Of a DNA stretch of 64,000 bases, positions 39,228 through 53,195 are shown piece by piece. The notes under the pieces were generated by a model. That model did no database searches and was not told the origin of the DNA. It saw only the letters and a program-made list of their open reading frames with translations. A program made the position numbers and the translations under genes. The stretch is from Lama glama (taxonomy: Eukaryota). Numbering within the stretch: the first letter of the stretch is position 1; every line of letters starts with the position of its first letter. The DNA lies in NCBI GenBank assembly GCA_028534125.1, contig CM052816.1:46254001-46318000 (forward strand). The letters run 5' to 3'.

Positions 39228-39991
39228 TGGATACACTTTGGGCACTTTTCTGGAGCCAGGAGCATTAGAGGCTGGCCACTCTAAAAATCTCTACCTGGCA
39301 GGAATGGAAACTGTCCAGGTGGTTCTGTGCTGATAGGGAATACAGCCTGGTCATTACCTGGCAGCCAGGTTGTCTGCTTTCAAACCAATGCCTCTCCTGA
39401 GAGAACTCAAAGACTATTCCAGCACCTCTGGAAAAAACCTTTGTCCATGATTGGCCACTGTTTGAAAGTCAATGCCTAAAACTGTGGTTTTGGCTTTCTT
39501 TCGGCTCAAGACTTTCTATTTCCCAGTGTGTGTACATGTAGTGAATGATTAATTTTAGGTGTCTGTAGAAAGTACAATGGAGAGTACATAAATTTGAAAC
39601 TGAATGAATTTGCAGAGTGTTTTCAACATTATTCCAGTTATTTCAAATCTGCAGTTGACTGGTGAATGTGGGTACAGAATACAAAATGATGATCCACAGA
39701 TGGATCCACTGAACACGGTTAACTGCATATTCAGGTGCATATAAATGATGCTACAAGCAGAATCAGGATTCAAGATGAGCGCTAGTACAAAAGAAGAGAG
39801 CAGGATATGAAAAACTGTGCCAGCGTTTCTCAGCTAGAACCTATCAAGAACTTGCAGTTGCCCAAGAATAGGCAGGGCTTACCAGCTGTATTCAGTAAGA
39901 TTCTGAGATTTCTACCATGGTACCCTAGTATCTCTTAAATTAAAAACAAAAACAAAGAAAAACCCTTTTACATGGATATAAATTGCAGATG

Positions 39992-41141
39992 TAATTTTAG
40001 TTACTAATCAGATATCCTGAAATTAGGGAGATTACCCTAGTGGAACTAACCTAATCATAAGATCCCTTTTTAATAGTCCCAGATACCTAGAGCCTGGTTG
40101 ATTGGGACCCATCATCATAGGGCAATTCTTGAGCACAAGGAAATAAGTCTAAAGCTTCTAAGACCACTCTTTGTGATCAGCTCAGTTCCATGGAATAATT
40201 TCATTACTTGAGTAGCAATATTTTATCTAATTAATTGGCTGTCTTGACTAGAGTAGTTTATCATTGTATACCTGCAGAGTTAATGAATGAAAAGGCTATA
40301 CACCCTAACACATTTCTAAGAATTATTTTCACAAAACTGCATCCCCTTGAAAAGTGCTGAAGGAAGCTAATTAAGCACAAAAGAGTAAAGAAAAGGGACT
40401 GAGAATTCTAATTCAACAGGCAAAAAGGAAAGCTAACTCTAGTAAATATCTGAAAATACCATGCCCCAGTGTCAATTTATGAATGTTCCAGTGTAGAGTT
40501 CTCTGTTAGCTGCTATGGCAAACTCCTGATGGGAACTTCTCCTTGGCTGGGGGACATGACATGAGAGTACTGGCATCATTTCATTTTCCAGAAACCTTGG
40601 AGAGGTCATGAGATGTGCCACTTTACCGTTCATTACTCACCAATTTTTGATGCCACACTGTCCAGTAAAACACGTGGATCTGTAAAAAATGGTAAAGAGA
40701 AAAGGCTTATTTTTGGAAACCAGTGAAGTAAATCATAACAGAACTGCCAGAACGATAGTTTATTAATTACTAAATAGTGCCTTCCAAATGTTTATCATTG
40801 TAAGATTCACATTTTATGTACTATGTCATCATTTGGACAGTAGCCGCCTTCAGGTAAAGAAAATCTCAGAGTCTGTAGTTTACAGTTGGGTTTTAATTAA
40901 AGTTATTAATCAGTTGACCTTAGGGAGATTACGGAGTGGAAGTAACCTAATCATATGATCCCTTTTTAAAAGTTCCAAATACCCAGAGCCTGGCTGCCAG
41001 GGACCCATCATCACATGGCAATTCTTGAGCACAAGGAAGCTGGTCTAAAGCTTCTAAGGCCGTTCTTTATGAGCAGCTCAGTTCCGTTAATTCACCTGAT
41101 AGTGTCAGTTAATGGAATGATCTCTTGACTAGGAATCAATA
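39992..41141 (+). repeat. Diverged direct repeat pair (about 39992-40220 and 40894-41141)
   Basis: Shared blocks in the same order: tagggagattac, taacctaatcata, gatccctttttaa, gggacccatcatca, ggcaattcttgagcacaaggaa, gtctaaagcttctaag, cagctcagttcc. Confidence 0.9.
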
Positions 41142-42543
41142 GCATGATCTACACCTTCCTGGGTTACTCACTTGCCCCTCAGCCTTAGCCAAGTTATTTT
41201 TAGTAATTTTCTTTCAATTCATTCATATTAAAATTATATTAGTATATGAGCTATCTGTAAGGTATTAATTCAATATAAGTTTGAACTTTTATATTTTAGG
41301 AATTACCTTGCAGTGGAGCATATGGGCTCAAATGAACTAAACAAGTCATCTTTGTCATATCTCAAACCTCAGTGGTATGATTTTATTTCCACACTGCTTA
41401 GGTTATTTATTCATTAGTTAGTTACTTCAATAGTTAGTTATTTGCCTTTGTGTTCCTTATTGATAAGAGCTGGGCTTTTGAAATTCAGCAAGTCCAAGAT
41501 CTTAGTTTTCTGAAACCAGAAAGCCAAACAAAGGTGATTTCTTTCAAGTAGCAGCTATTCCTTGTGAAACCAGTGTCTCTGGCATTGAAGAGCTATGGTC
41601 AGAAGGAATATAAGGTACAACGCTCAGCTTGATTAATACATTAAAATATATGCTGTTGAATGTTGCTCCCAGGGAGAAGGCTGAAGTAGGACTAATTGGG
41701 ACAGAGGACAGTGGACTTCAAGCCCAGGTTATTCATCAGGCTGAGGGACACAGAACTCCAAATGGAACTAGGAATCACAGAATGGAATCAACTTAACAGG
41801 CTCAGCTGGGATAACAAAGAGAAGGGAAGTTAAATGAAGTATAACACAAGGCTTCAAAAGTTGACTAGAAAAACCACCAGCACACTAAAGTGAATCCAGA
41901 GCCTTAGAGACAAGAGAACCGTAAATATTAAAAATGCAAGTGATCTTTAATATTTCTGATTTAGTGCCCTGCCTCTAGACTGATACAGCTTTCCTAATCT
42001 GTGCTATAAACCAAGCATTAGAGGCCAAGCAGTACGCCTTTATTCCTGGCAGGTGCTTGAGTAGAGACAGGAAAATAGGTCTCTTTTGCTCTCAGCTCAG
42101 TGTACACCTACATTGTGATTTTCCTTCTGAGTCATAGTCAACTTCCCCTCGGCCAGCTGGCTTTTAAGTCAAGCCCAGGCAGGGAAACTATACTGCTACT
42201 TAGGACAACTAAATTTTCTATTAGAAGGTTTAAGACTAATTATGATAGCTTTCCCTGCTTTGTTTAGTTTTCTTCATCTCCTACTATATTCTAGGTGGTG
42301 CTTCTTGCTCTAGCCAGTCAGTTAGCTTTTTCTTACATGAGCCTTTTTTTTTCCTGAGTCCTCTACACTTTAATTTTTCTTTCTCCTCCTCCTCCACTTT
42401 CTTCCTATTGTTTTTTCTTCTTTCATTTAACAAATATCATTTGTACTTCTTTATATAAGTCAAATAGACGAATGATATGATGCCTTCTTCCCCCCATAAT
42501 CTGTAGTCTAATATCCTAGTGAGAATGTATTTATAGTTCAAAT

Positions 42544-42760
42544 CAGCATCGCCAACTTTTTTTCTGTAAAAAGCTAGACAGCAAGTGTTTTAGGCTTTCT
42601 GGGTCAACCTCTTAACAACTACTAAGCTCTGCCATTGTAGCACAAAAGCATAAATAGACAACATGTAAATGAATGGGCATGACTGTATCCCAAAAAACAT
42701 TATTTAAAAAAACAAGTGGTAGACCAGATTGGACCAGTAAGACATAGTTTGCCAACCTCT
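42544..42760 (+). mobile_element. MER58A-type hAT-Charlie transposon
   Basis: aactttttttctgtaaaaagc...ctctgccattgtagcacaaaagc...catagtttgccaacctct. Confidence 0.88.
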
Positions 42761-43405
42761 AATTTAAGTGTACATTTAAATAATATAAGAAGTATAGTAA
42801 GAGAATTATAAAGAAAGGGATATGGGAACCAAGAAGACTCCCTTCCTTTCCAACAATTCACGCTAATCAATAACTTTTATTGCTTAATCAATAACCATTG
42901 CTCTACTTACTTTAGACATGATACTTTTCTAATATATTTCTCTTTCTTTCTTGATATTTTGTATTACTTACTAAATGTAATTAATGAAGAGTCCATCTGC
43001 TAGATTATGAAACTGAACTATCTTGATGACATATAGTCAGCAATATATTGGTCACAGATTTTTTTGTTGTTGTTGCCATAGCCTTCTCTGTAAGTAGATT
43101 TGATACCATATCATTATTAATCTTGGCAAATTAGAACATTTTCCTATATGAGAATATAAAAGCAGGTACTGTGAATAGGTATTCAGCCTCCCTTATAGAA
43201 TAAAATGTCTGAGAGAACATGGAAACAAGTTAGCTAATATGCAAGGTACGGAGAGTTAGTGCAAAGATATGCTCACAAGGACAAATGTGTCTGTCATTCT
43301 TTGCCATATATGAGCTTAATGTTTTTCAAAATTGTGGAAAATGAATTAAGGAAAGTACCTCACAATATTAGCACTTAAGGTAAAAGATCAATAAAAATAT
43401 CAGCA

Positions 43406-43612
43406 CAATGATTTTCAACTGAGGTGATTTTACCCCTCGGGGGACAGTTAGCAATGTCTGGACACGTTTTTTGGTTGTCTCTACCAACGGGAGTACTACT
43501 GGCATCCAGTGGGTAGAGGCCAAAGATACTGCTACTCTTCAAGGCACAGGAGCACCCCCACAACAAAGCATCACCCAGTCTAAAAGGTCAATACCTGGGC
43601 TGGGAAATCCTG
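43406..43612 (+). mobile_element. MER20 hAT-Charlie transposon
   Basis: ggtgattttacccctcgggggaca...gcaatgtctggacac...tactggcatccagtgggtagaggcca...gaaatcctg. Confidence 0.9.
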
Positions 43613-43889
43613 TTCAGCCGTGTAGGCCATGTAGTTATGGTTCTTTTTTAACAAACATTTTATTATAGGATAACTGTAGATTCAAATGCAGTTGTAAGAA
43701 ATAACATAGACATAATATTAATAATATACTATGTACACTTTACCCAGTTGCCTCTAAGGATAATACCTGGCAAAACTGTAGTATAAAGTCACAACATTGA
43801 CACAGTCAAAGACAAAGACAAAACATTCCTATCACAACCAGAATCCTTCATGTGTCCTTTACAGCCATACTTCCTTCCCTCCAAACCCA

Positions 43890-44175
43890 AGGCCACGTAT
43901 TGTATGATTCCACTTATATAAACTGTCCAGAATATTCACATCTATACAGTGAGAAAGTAGAGCAGAGGATCCCAGGGCAGGAAAGAAGGAATCTGAGGGG
44001 GGAAGGTGACCGCTAATGGATAGAGGGATTCTTTCTAAGGTTGTAAAAATGTCCTGAAATTAGATTTTAGTAATTGTTATACAATTTTGTGAATACACTA
44101 AAACCTCCTAAACTGTACACTTGAAATGGGTAAATATTGTGCTACTTGAATTATATCTCTATGAAGTTGTTATAA
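43890..44175 (+). mobile_element. L1MB-like 3' end in the opposite orientation, nested in the L1MC
   Basis: ggccacgtattgtatgattccacttatat...tgtgaatacactaaaacc...tgaattatatctc. Confidence 0.8.
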
Positions 44176-46597
44176 GCAACAAAATATCAATTTAATCATT
44201 AGTTTCTATTTCTGGGCTATTTTATTCTTTTGCATAATGTGTCCATCCCTTCACAATTATCACACTTGTCTTCACTGCTGTAGCTTTTTAAAGTCTTAAA
44301 ATAGAGTACAGTGATTCCTCCAATGTTCTTCTTTTTTAATGTTATTCTTTTTTTAATCAACATTTTGTTGTTTTCAGTATACAAATCTTACACATGCTTT
44401 ATTTATATTTATATATATTTATATGCCTAAGTATACATTTTGGGAAGGCATTATTGTAAATGTTACTTTTTAAAAACAATTTAGGTTTCCAATTGTTTAG
44501 TAGTTCATACAATTTATTTTTGTCTGTTGACCTTATAATCTTGAAACTCATTTATTATTTCTAAAGGGTCTTCTATAGATTTATTGAAATTATCTGTCAT
44601 CAATCATGTCACCAGTGAAGACATAAAGTTTCATTTTTTCCTCTCTGTTCCACATCTTTTATTTCTATTTCTGGTCTGATTGCCTTGGGTAGAGTTTGCA
44701 CTATAATGTGGAATAGGAGTAGTAAACATGTGCATCCTTACCTTGCCCCTCAATTTAGGGAGAAAGCACTTAGCCTCTCACCAGTAAGTACGTTACCTTC
44801 AAGATTTTTGTCAATGTTCCTTATCAGATTGACAAAGATCTCTTCTATTCCTGGGTTGCTAAGAATTTTTTATTATGAATAGAGGTTGAATTTTCTCAAA
44901 TGTGTTTTCTTCATCAGTTGATAGAATCATGTTGTTTTTCTTCTTTAAACTGTTGAATGGTGAGCTACAATGATTGATTTTTGAGGTTTGGATCAACCTT
45001 GCATTCTCACAATAAACCCCTACTTGATCATGGTATATTCGATTTGCTAATATTTGTTGAGTGTGCTTGCCTCCTTGTTCATGGAAAATATATGTTTGTA
45101 ATTTTCTTCCTTTGTACTTTCTGTATCTGGTTTTGTTATCAGGGTATGCTGCCCTCATAAAGTAAGCTGGGAAGTGTTTCCTCCCTTTTATTTTTTAAAA
45201 AGATCTTTGTAAAATTGGTGTTATTTCTTCCTAAACGTTTGCTAGAATTTGCTAGTAAAACTTCTGGGCCTGGAGACTCTTTCATCAGAGGAGTTTAACC
45301 ATGAATTCAAGTTTTTAAGTAGTTCAGTGATTCTTTGGTTATCTGTTTCACCTTGGGTGAGTTTTGAGTCTACAGATTCTTTACAATCATAGGAGAAATT
45401 CTCTTCAAGTAATTATTCCATGTAATCTAGATTAGCCAGTTTACGTTCATAGAGTGGTCTGTAGTATTTCCTAATTTTTTAACTAGAATTACACGATTAA
45501 TAATAATAATAATAATAAAAAAAGAGTAATACAGGGTTTGTAGTGATAGCCCATCTTTCATTTCTAATAATCATGATATATGTCATATTGATTTTTCTTG
45601 ATCAGTCTTGTTTGGTTTGTCAATTTTATTGATTCTTTTAAAGAACAAATTATAGTGTAATTAATTTTCTCAATTGTTTTTATGTTTTCAATTGTATTAA
45701 CTTATGCTTTTATACTTTTTATTTTTAGTCCTTCCTCCTTGCTTTAGGTTAACATTCTTTTCTTCTAACTTCTATAGGTGTAAAGTCATATTTTTGATTT
45801 GAGACTTTTATTCTAATATAAGCATTTAATGTTATAAATATTCTCCTAAGCACTGCTTTAGCTACATAGTACAGATTTTGATATGTAGTTTTTTCATTTT
45901 TATTTGGGTCAAAATATTTTGTTTGCCTTAAAACCTGATCTTTGACCCATGGATTATTAAGAAGTGTTATTTAATGTCCAGGTGCTTGAGGATATCTTGT
46001 TTCTCTTTTTTCCATTTATTCCTAATTTAATTCCATTATGATCAAAGTGCATACTTTTATTTAATTCCTTTTAAATGTGTTAAGGTTTATTTTATGACAT
46101 AATACATGGTCTGTTTCGGTGAATGGTCCATGCACACTTGGTAAGAAGGTGTATTCTTCCGTTGATGAATGAGTGTTGTATAATGTCTATTAGACCCAAC
46201 TGATTGATAGTGCTACTTAGTTCTTCTAAATCCTTCCTGATAGTCTGTCTAATAGTTCTATCAATTACAGAGAGAGGGAAGTTGAAGTATCCAACTATAA
46301 TTGTGAATTTATCAATTTCTCCTTTCAGTTTTATCATTTTTATGTCATCCATTTTAAAGTTCTGTTGTTTGTGCTTATACATTTAGGGTTATTAAATTAT
46401 TTTGGTGAACTGACCCTCTTTTCATTAAGTAGTTCTCCCTGGTAATTTTATTTGGTCTGAATTTTAATATGTCTTATATTAATAAATCTATTCTAGCTTT
46501 CTTTTGATTGACATTTGCATGGTATGTCTTTTCTATTCTTCTTAACCTATCATTTATATTTGCAGTAAATTTCTTATAGAAAACATGGTTGACGAAT

Positions 46598-47535
46598 TGG
46601 TCAGGGTGCTTTGGGGAAACAGGATGTATAAAACTATAGAAAGAGATTAGTATAAGGAATTGGCTCATGTGATTATGGAGGCTGAAAATTTGCAAGATTT
46701 GTAAGTTGAAGACCCTGGAGAGCTGATAGACTGGAACTATACCAAGTACAAAGATCTGAAAACCCAGTGAGACACTTGCTACAGACTGGACTGAACCGCC
46801 CCTCTCCCCCATTTCATACGTTAAAGCCTTAATCCCCATTGTGAAGATATTTGACGACAGGCCTTTGGGTGGTAATCAGGTTTAGATGAGGTTATGAGAG
46901 TGGGGCCCTCACGGTACAATTAGAGCAAGCTCCAGTGTCTCTTCTTTATAAGAGCACTTTCTCTCCCTTCACCATGTGAGGACACAATAAGAAGGCAGTC
47001 ATCTGCAAGCCAGAAAGAAAGACCTTACCAGGGAATCAAATTGGTCAACACCTTGATCTTGGACTTCCTAGCCTCCAGCACTGTGAGAAATACTCTTGTT
47101 GTTTAAGCCACTTAGTCGATGGTATTATGATATAGGGTATACGATATTTTGCTGTGACAGTCCAAGCTAATACACTGATGGTGTAGTTCCAGTCTTAGTC
47201 TGAAGGCCTGAGAACCATGAAAGCCAATGGTGTAGTTCTAGTCCAAAGGCCAACAGGCTCAAAACTCAGAAAGAGTTGATGTTTCATTTTATATCTGAAG
47301 GCAAGGTAAAAAACCAATGTCCCAGTTCAAAGGTAGTCAGGCTTAAGGAGCTCCTTTTTCTCATGAAGGGTTGATCTTTTTGTTCTGATATTCAGTCCTT
47401 CAAGTGAATGAGAGAGGCACACCTATATTAGGGAGAATAACCTACGTTATTCAGTCTACTAATTCAAATGTTAATCTCATGCAAAGAGACCCTCCTATAA
47501 TACATCTGGAATAGCATTTGATCAAGTATATGGAT
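46598..47535 (-). mobile_element. MLT2 (ERVL) LTR nested in the L1MC
   Basis: tataaggaattggctcatgtgattatggaggctga...ttattcagtctactaattcaaatgttaatctcat. Confidence 0.88.
46777..47174 (+). mobile_element. MLT1A-like LTR nested in the MLT2
   Basis: TG...CA ends; atttcatacgttaaagccttaatcccc...accttgatcttggacttcctagcctccagcactgtgagaaata. Confidence 0.88.
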
Positions 47536-50500
47536 TTCAGTCTACCATTTTTTTTTTCCTGTTTCATCTGTTTTTCATCTCTCTCTTTCCCTTCCTTGTT
47601 TCTTTGAACTATTAGATTTCTCTTTCTCTCTCATATTTCATCTTAATGTATTAATGATTTTTGGACCATAAATCTTTTATGAAGTTTTAGTGATTGATCA
47701 AGAGATTATATATACTTAACTTATAAAAGTCTATCTAGAATTATTTTTTTAACCACTGCGAGTGGAATGTAGAAAACTTACCAGTTTAGATGTTCCTTTA
47801 CCCTCCGCTCTTTATGTTGGCTTAGATCTGTATCATTGAAAATCCCTTCAGAAAACATTTTTTTTTCTTTCTACTGTGAAAAATACCTAAATAACTGAGG
47901 GAAAATACAGTCTATTATACTTACCCAGGTATTTAACAGTTCTGTTCTTTTTTTATTCCAAATGTTCTATGTCTACTTTTGATTAAAAAATTTCCTTCTT
48001 TGTGAAAAATTATTTCACAGTTATAGAGCAGTTCATCAGACAATGAATTCTTAGTTTTCTCCACATTAGAATGTATTTATTTCACCTTCATTCTTAAAGG
48101 GTATTTCTACTGGTTAAGAACCCTAGGTTGATAGTTCTTTTCTTTTTAGCACTTTAAAATTTTTGTTGCACTTTGTTCTGGCCACCATTGTGTTAGATGA
48201 GTTATCTACAATCATTCAAATCATCATTATTAAATTATAGTTTATCCTATTAATAAAACATCATTTTTCTCTAGTTGATTTTCAAGAAATTTTTCTTTGT
48301 CTTTAGTTTTCAGTGGTTTGATTTTGATGTCTCTGGACCCAAATTTCTATGTTAATCCTGTTTGGGGTTTATTGAGTTTATTAAAGTCACAAGTTTCTAT
48401 CTTTCACTAAACTTGAGAAGTTTCAGCCATTATTTTTTCAAATGTTTTTCCTCACCACACTTTTCCTTCTCCTTCTAGGACTCCAATGACATGAATTGTA
48501 AAAATTTTTGATATTATTCCACAAGTCTCTGGGGTTATGTCCATTTATTTTTCAATCCATTTTCTCTTTTTATTTGGAATGGATAATGTCTAATTATATA
48601 TCTTCAAGTTTATTGATCCTTTCCTTTGTCATTCCTGTTCTGCTACTGAATCCATCCAGTGAGTTTTATTATTCTCAATATTTTAATTTTTAGTTCTAAA
48701 ATGTCTATTTGGTCCTTGTTTAGATTCTTCCATCGCTTTGCTGATAATTTCTACCTTTATAGTCATTTCAAGAGTATTTACGCTTACTTCTTGCATCATT
48801 TTCATGATAGCTCCTTTAAAATCCTTGTCAGATAATTGTGACTTCTATTCCCCCTGGGAGTGGTGTCTGCTGATTTTCTTCTCCAGGACATTGAAGATTT
48901 TCCTGGTTCTTCCTATACTGAGAAATTTTGGATTATGTTCTGAACATTTTAAATATTACGTTATGATAGTCTGAGTCTTTGTTAAATCCTTTAGAGAATG
49001 TTGATATTTTGTTCAGCAGATAATCAACTCAGCTGGATTCAGGCCACACATTCTGACTAGCCTCTTGAGGGCTGTGGTTTTTATGTCAGTTCCATTTTCA
49101 AAGCCTTTGAAATGCTGTTTGTATCTGTCCTGTGTTTGCTACACCCAGTGGCTAGTCTGAGATTGGTGGTAGTTTGTCTTACTTCAGTTCTCAGAGGTTT
49201 TAGTATAATGTTTAGGGTCAGGCCCATGTATACAAAGCTCAGGAATGAGCCCAAGAGTTCCTGACAACTTTATGAGTCATCTCACCAAATTTTCCTCTCT
49301 CCATTGATATTCCCAGTACCTCCGGCCAGCACTCTAGGGATTTAATCATTTTTCTCTGCTGTGCACTTTACATTAGTGCACTTTCATTGAGGGCCAAGGG
49401 GCCAGAGAACCAGAGAAAGGGAAAAGAAAAAGAGGTTTCTCTAACCTTCTTGGGACCACAGATTCTGTGACAGGTGAAGAAGGTTATCCTCCCTCAGAGT
49501 TACAGGGTCGTAGGCTCCCCACTGTGATCCTGCTGCTGAGAGGATACTCCCCTTTCCTACCTCTCAAACGTGAACTCAAGAGTTTTTTAGAGCCTCCTCT
49601 GTTCATGCTTATGCCCACTTTAAAATTTCAGGATGAATTAAGCCCAGGTCTGGGGTTACTGGAGGAAAAAAAAAATAGGTAAACTCATTGCCAGTTTGGT
49701 GGTACTTCACATTGTTTTCCTCCAGTTGGTGTTCTACCTATTCTTGGTAGTCCTCAGATAGCTGCTCAGTGCATTCTGCCCAAAATCTATAGGTGCATTC
49801 AGTGACAGAGAAAGTATAACCTGTGCTTACCGCATCTTACCCAGAACCAAAACCATGGTTAAGTTCAAAAATAAACTTTATGACCATGTTAGAAATAATA
49901 AAATAATAACTGTAATAAAAAAAATTGTGCCATATTAGAATTCTATTTAAGCTGGGGTAGTTTGCACTTCCTTTTAAGGTAAGAGCATTTGATATAAATG
50001 TTAAGTCATATATAAAAATATAAATTATACCCAGTTCTAACTCAGCCATTTGATACAAGAAATACTTATAGAACAGCTACTTTAAGCAAGGCAATTTACT
50101 AGGCACTACAAGGAATAAAACAATTTCATGTGGTGTCAGAGGCAAACCAGTTCTGAGGCAGTATACAAGCCAAGGTACAACAGATTCCCCATTGTCAGTA
50201 GGACAGTTGTTTTACTTGGGACGATCCAACCATACTCATCATTTTACCTAATTTTACCCTAGTTTTAACTCAGCACATTCATGTTTATAATATTTAGGAA
50301 AAATTATTATTTTGACAGATTGATAAATTACTTCTTCAGAACTGTCTTAGGCTCACTTTTTTCATCAAATTGTTGAAAAGTATCCGTGTTTTACCTCTCT
50401 AATTTTTGGTTGTTTTGATACACAATTATTCATCTGTCTACTTCCTGAGAACTGGACAGCTGAGTCATATTTTGCCATATCGCTAAACACAGGTTCCTGA

Positions 50501-50692
50501 ACTATTGTGAATATTGTTAATTGTTTTATGTACTACTTTTGTGAGAAACATTAGCAAATTCAATGTGTGAGCATGCTTTATTAACCAAGCCTGCAAAAAT
50601 CAGACTGTAGATAAACAAAAGCCTTAAGAAAACTTCTTACTGAAAGCAATGAAGATTTTCCCTTTAATCAGCACGTATAAAGGTTGGGATTA

Positions 50693-51430
50693 GGAGGAGG
50701 GTCAAGGTGGCAGAGCAGAAGGATATGGAACTCACCTCCTCTGACAGGCACATTGAGACACATCTACATATGGAACAACTATCACAGAAAACCAACTGGA
50801 AACTGGCAGAAGACCTCTTATACAACCAAAGCTGTAAGAACGAGCTCCACATGACCAGAAAGCTTAGAGGGGAAGAAAAAGGCGTCAGTTCCTAGAAGAG
50901 ATCTGCAAAGGAGGGAAGGACCACATAAGGAGGCCCATGTGCTGTGGAGCGTCTCTGCCTGCTGGGAGATCTGGTGGGAAAGATGGAAGGGCTGGAGTGA
51001 CCTACGCTTTGCTCACGAGGAATGCACATGTACTGGCTTGCTAGCAATCAGGGCACAGTGAGACTAGCACTGATGGCTGTCATCTCCCTGCGCTGCCAGT
51101 CCAAAACATTCTCCAGATGGGGGTGCTAATAGGTGCAATAGCTAGGAACTGAATCCGTGGTGAATGGACGCTGGGAGAAGACTCAGTCTAGCTGCATGGA
51201 AACAGACCCGAGGGCCTGGGGGTTTGGTCCTGGCCAAATCTCAGAGTCCACTGTCTGCACACATACAGCAGTGGCCAGTCCAGGAGCAGTGAAATTTGTA
51301 GGCATATATATGCACATCTCAGGCAGACAGCCCCCAAGGAGGAGTACAGAGTGGTTCATTTCCAGCTCAAGTGCTGTGGCTCCTCTCACCCCAAAACACA
51401 GCCTGGAGTTAGAGCTGGGGTGGACAGGTC
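50693..51430 (+). mobile_element. L1 5' UTR
   Basis: Starts ggaggagggtcaaggtggcagagcagaaggatatggaactcacctcctc, the usual L1 start including the YY1-site variant. GC-richer than the flanks. Confidence 0.8.
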
Positions 51431-51432
51431 CT

Positions 51433-52659
51433 GTTAAAATGACCATACTACCTAAGGCAATCTACAGATTCAAAGCAATCCCTATCAAACTACAAATGTC
51501 ATTTTTCACAGAACTGAAACAAAATATTTTAAAATTTCTATGGAAACACAAAAAAACACCAAAGCAATCTTGAGAAAGACTAACAGAGCTGGAGGAATCA
51601 CGTTTCCTGACTTTAGACTATACTACGAAGCTACAGTAATCAAAACAGTGTAGTACTGGCACAAAAACAGACAGCTAGATCAATGGTACAGGACAGAAAG
51701 TCCAGAAATAAAACCATGCACTTATGGTCAATTAATCTGTAACAAAGGAGGCAAGAATAGAAAATGGACTAAAGACAGTCTCTTCAATAAGTGGTGCTGG
51801 AAAACTGGACAGCTACATGTAAAAGAATGAAATTACAGCATTGTCTAACACGTTATACTAAACTAAACTCAAAACTAAAAGATCTAAATGTAAGGCTAGA
51901 TACTATAAAGTCCCTAAAGAAAAACAGGCAGGACACTCTTTTGACTTAAATCACAGCAGTATTTTTTTGGATCTATCTCTTAAAGTAATGGAAACAAAAG
52001 CAAAAATAAACAAATGGGACCTAATTAAACTTAAATCCTTTTGCACAGAAAAGGAAACCATAAACAAAATGAAAAGACAACCTATGCAATAGAAGAAAAT
52101 ACTTGCATATGATATGACCAAAAAGGGATTAATTTCCAATGTATACAAACATATCATATAGCTCAGTATCAAAACAAACAAGCAAACAAAAAAATCACAA
52201 CCAATCAAAAAATTGGCAGAAGATCTAAATAGATATTTCTCTAAAGACAACATACAAATGGCCAACAGGCACATGAAAAGATGCTCAACATACTTAATTA
52301 TTAGAGTAATGCAAATCAAAATCACAATGAGATATCACCTCACATGGTCAGAATAGCCAACATCAAAAAGTCTACAAATAATAAATGCTGGAGAGGGTGT
52401 GAAGAAAAGTAAACCCTAGTACACTGTTGATGGGACTGTAATTGGTACAGCCATGATGGAGAAGAGTAGAGGTTCCTTTAAAAACTGAAAAAATTACCAT
52501 ATAATCTAGCAATTCCACTCCTCAGCATGTATCTGGAGAAAAGGCAGATGCACCCCAATGTTCATAGCAGCACTATTTATAACAGCCAAGACATGGAAGC
52601 AACCTAAATGTCCATTGACAGATGAATGGATAAAGAAAATGTTGTGTTTATGAATATAT

Positions 52660-52698
<39 letters not shown>

Positions 52699-53195
52699 GG
52701 ATTATTACTCAACCATAAAATAGAATGAACTAATGCCATTTGCAGCAACATGGATGGACATAAAGATTATCATACTAAATGAAGTAAATCAGACAGAGAA
52801 AACAAGTATCATATGATATCACTCATATGTGGAATCTAAAAAAAAATGCAAATGAACTTACTTACAAGACAGAAATAAGCTTACACAGAAAACAAACTTA
52901 TGGTTACTAAAGAGGAAAGGGGGTGGGTGGGTAGGGGGATAAATTAGGAATTTGGGATTAACATAGACACACTACTATATATAAAACAGATAAACAACAA
53001 GGACCTACTGTATAGCAGAGGGAATTATATTCAATATCCTATAATAATCTATAATGGACAATAATTGAACAAGAATATATATATAGTATATGTTATACTA
53101 TATACATATTATACACACACATATGTATAACTGAATCACTTTGCTATACACCTGAAACATTGTAAGTCAATTATACTTCAATAAAAAGAAAAATT
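51433..53195 (+). mobile_element. L1 ORF2 3' part, 3' UTR and A-tail
   Basis: [20 protein letters not shown] from 51433; ends ttatacttcaataaaaagaaaaa; (CA)n at about 52666-52695. Confidence 0.95.

Larger units (their letters stand above)
43645..49855 (-). mobile_element. Old, near full-span L1 (L1MC-like) with deletions and nested insertions
   Basis: L1MC-type 3' end (tgtagattcaaatgcagttgtaagaaataa). ORF 46092-46382 is endonuclease-like (LKGEIDKFTIIVGYFNFPLSVIDR). L1M 5' terminus near 49820-49855. Confidence 0.85.

Noticed and set aside
51157..51573. 138-aa ORF fusing L1 5' UTR sequence to ORF2
   Set aside because: It starts at GTG, crosses a rearrangement junction and ends at a frameshift, so it is best explained as a by-product.
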